This document shows, in pieces, positions 62,429 through 64,000 of a stretch of DNA of 64,000 nt; position 1 is the stretch's first letter; each line of letters opens with the position of its first letter. The notes beneath the pieces are model-generated. The model was not told where the DNA came from, searched no databases, and was given only the letters and a program-made list of their open reading frames with translations. Source of the stretch: Dipteris shenzhenensis (taxonomy: Eukaryota). The position numbers were made by a program, and so were the translations under genes. The stretch is taken from the NCBI GenBank assembly GCA_047967505.1, contig CM106538.1; one strand, written 5' to 3'.

Positions 62429-64000
62429 ATGTCATGTCTAGACATGGATACAAGGGCTTGTATATTTCATCAGATTGTCCAACATCCTATGATGAGGGAA
62501 TTCCTTACTGGATTGCGACATAGATCCGAGGATGCTCATGGAGCTTTAGTAGAAAACCTACACAATACACTCACTACAGTGAAAGTGCCTAGAAGCTCTC
62601 AAGAGTTGTTTTTCAATAGAAATAGTATTATGATGCTAATCAATGGTATCACATCAAAAACATCTCAAACCAAAAAAAAATATGCATCGAGAATGTTAAA
62701 CATACACAGGAGAAACTTTTATTTAGCTAAATCTCGTTTGGAACAGGCCAAATATGGTGTATTGCCATTGTCAACATGTGAATAATAACCTTGTCTAGTT
62801 GGGTCAATTAGTGATGAGGTTAAGGAGGTGGTATTCTTATTTTGGGCAGCTCATACGTGTGTGTCACCCAACAAAAAAGATGTTTGTCAAAAGCGATTTC
62901 GAAGAAAATCTTGGATCAAGCACTCTGTGCACCTCCTTGACCACCCTCAAGTGCTCACAATCATCATGATTCTTTCATTCTTTGGGAGGTTGCTATACCC
63001 CAACTATATATTACTTTGATACTAATATTATCATGGTGTGGATCACGTAGGTGGTAGCTTGCAATGTATCACATTTCTTTGAATCATTCATTATGAAGAA
63101 AATACTTACTTACCAATGTCGAGATGGTAGTACTAGAAAACTGGTATCATTGTATGACTATGTGGTAGTATGCACAAGTTTTACACTAGATATGATAGAT
63201 ATGATATCTTATGGAGGAAATTACTTTTCTGTCACTACTACACTACCAAGATACCTGTGTAGTAGAAAGCAATGTGACATATTGCTTGTAGGTGGTTGTA
63301 GTAAGTTCCTTGGAAGAAATCGGTTCCATAGTGAGGTGGCACTAGTAGTGCAACAATACCAGTAAAAGTAAGGATATGTGTACTCATAATAGTGGTAGCA
63401 CAAGATACTATCGATTCATAGTAAGGTTTTGTGCTGTCATGGAAATGTACTTTACTTGAAACCAATGGTAGCACAACAATACCAGATTCATAGTAAGGTT
63501 CTGTGCTATCATAGTAAGTTGGTAACATACTTTACTTCCCATTATTGTACCAATATCATGCATTTTTCATACCAACACTTTCTTAAAGAAAGATTGGTTC
63601 CATACAAAAGTTACAATGGTTCCACAAGACTACCGGTATAATTTTACCAAGAATGTTGGTGTATACCAATTTTACCAATGGGAACGAAATACCATTTTAT
63701 ACTGGTATCATGTGAGTAATCTATCTATTTAATTGATGTTGCAGGTGGAGATTTATCTCTTGTTTAAAGAAATGCCCCTAGAGATCAAGATTCAACAATG
63801 GGCATTTGAGAACTTGAAGCCTTATTTCATGCGTAAGCTCAAGGATCGCTACACTTGTTGTTGTATTGCACATGTTCAGATGTCCTTTTTAAAGGATGCC
63901 TTGAATCACGTGAGGAGCCTTGCTTTTGGATTGCATGGATGTGCATGTCAATGTGTTTGTGATATTTGTATGGTGGATGGCCATTCAAAAGGATGCAAGT
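62429..64000 (+). pseudogene. DNA-transposase-like gene, N-terminal part, intron-containing, continuing beyond the window
   Basis: FWAAHTCVSPNKKDVC..HLLDHPQ, then a GT-AG intron (62951-63744), then VEIYLLFKE..AFENLKPYFMRKLKDRYTCCCIAHVQM..CACQCVCDIC. In-frame stops at ~62783-62788. Confidence 0.6.

Overview
Repeat-rich land-plant nuclear DNA; a seed-free plant such as a fern is a low-confidence guess. One intact-looking host gene is present: a 9-exon BIM-type bHLH transcription factor (+, ~43104-50909). It lies among nested transposons: a decayed Ty1/copia element (1-5563), two copies of one Ty3/gypsy family (truncated 5564-11080; full-length 20467-30508), a gag-only copia derivative, L1 LINE pieces, non-autonomous DNA-transposon insertions, two inverted copies of an unclassified ~5 kb repeat, a processed plastid glucose transporter pseudogene and a transposase-like gene at the right edge. 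The main discovery candidate is the gypsy family. Its Pol RNase H has lost all four catalytic acidic residues, while an intact archaeal-type RNase HI is encoded as a separate ORF upstream of gag. That ORF sits in a tightly packed array of six ORFs with stop/start overlaps, conserved between the two copies. The element also has a tRNA-His primer-binding site, an antisense tRNA-like motif with GUG at the anticodon position, and TG...TA LTR ends. All alignments and counts were done by eye, and novelty needs database confirmation.
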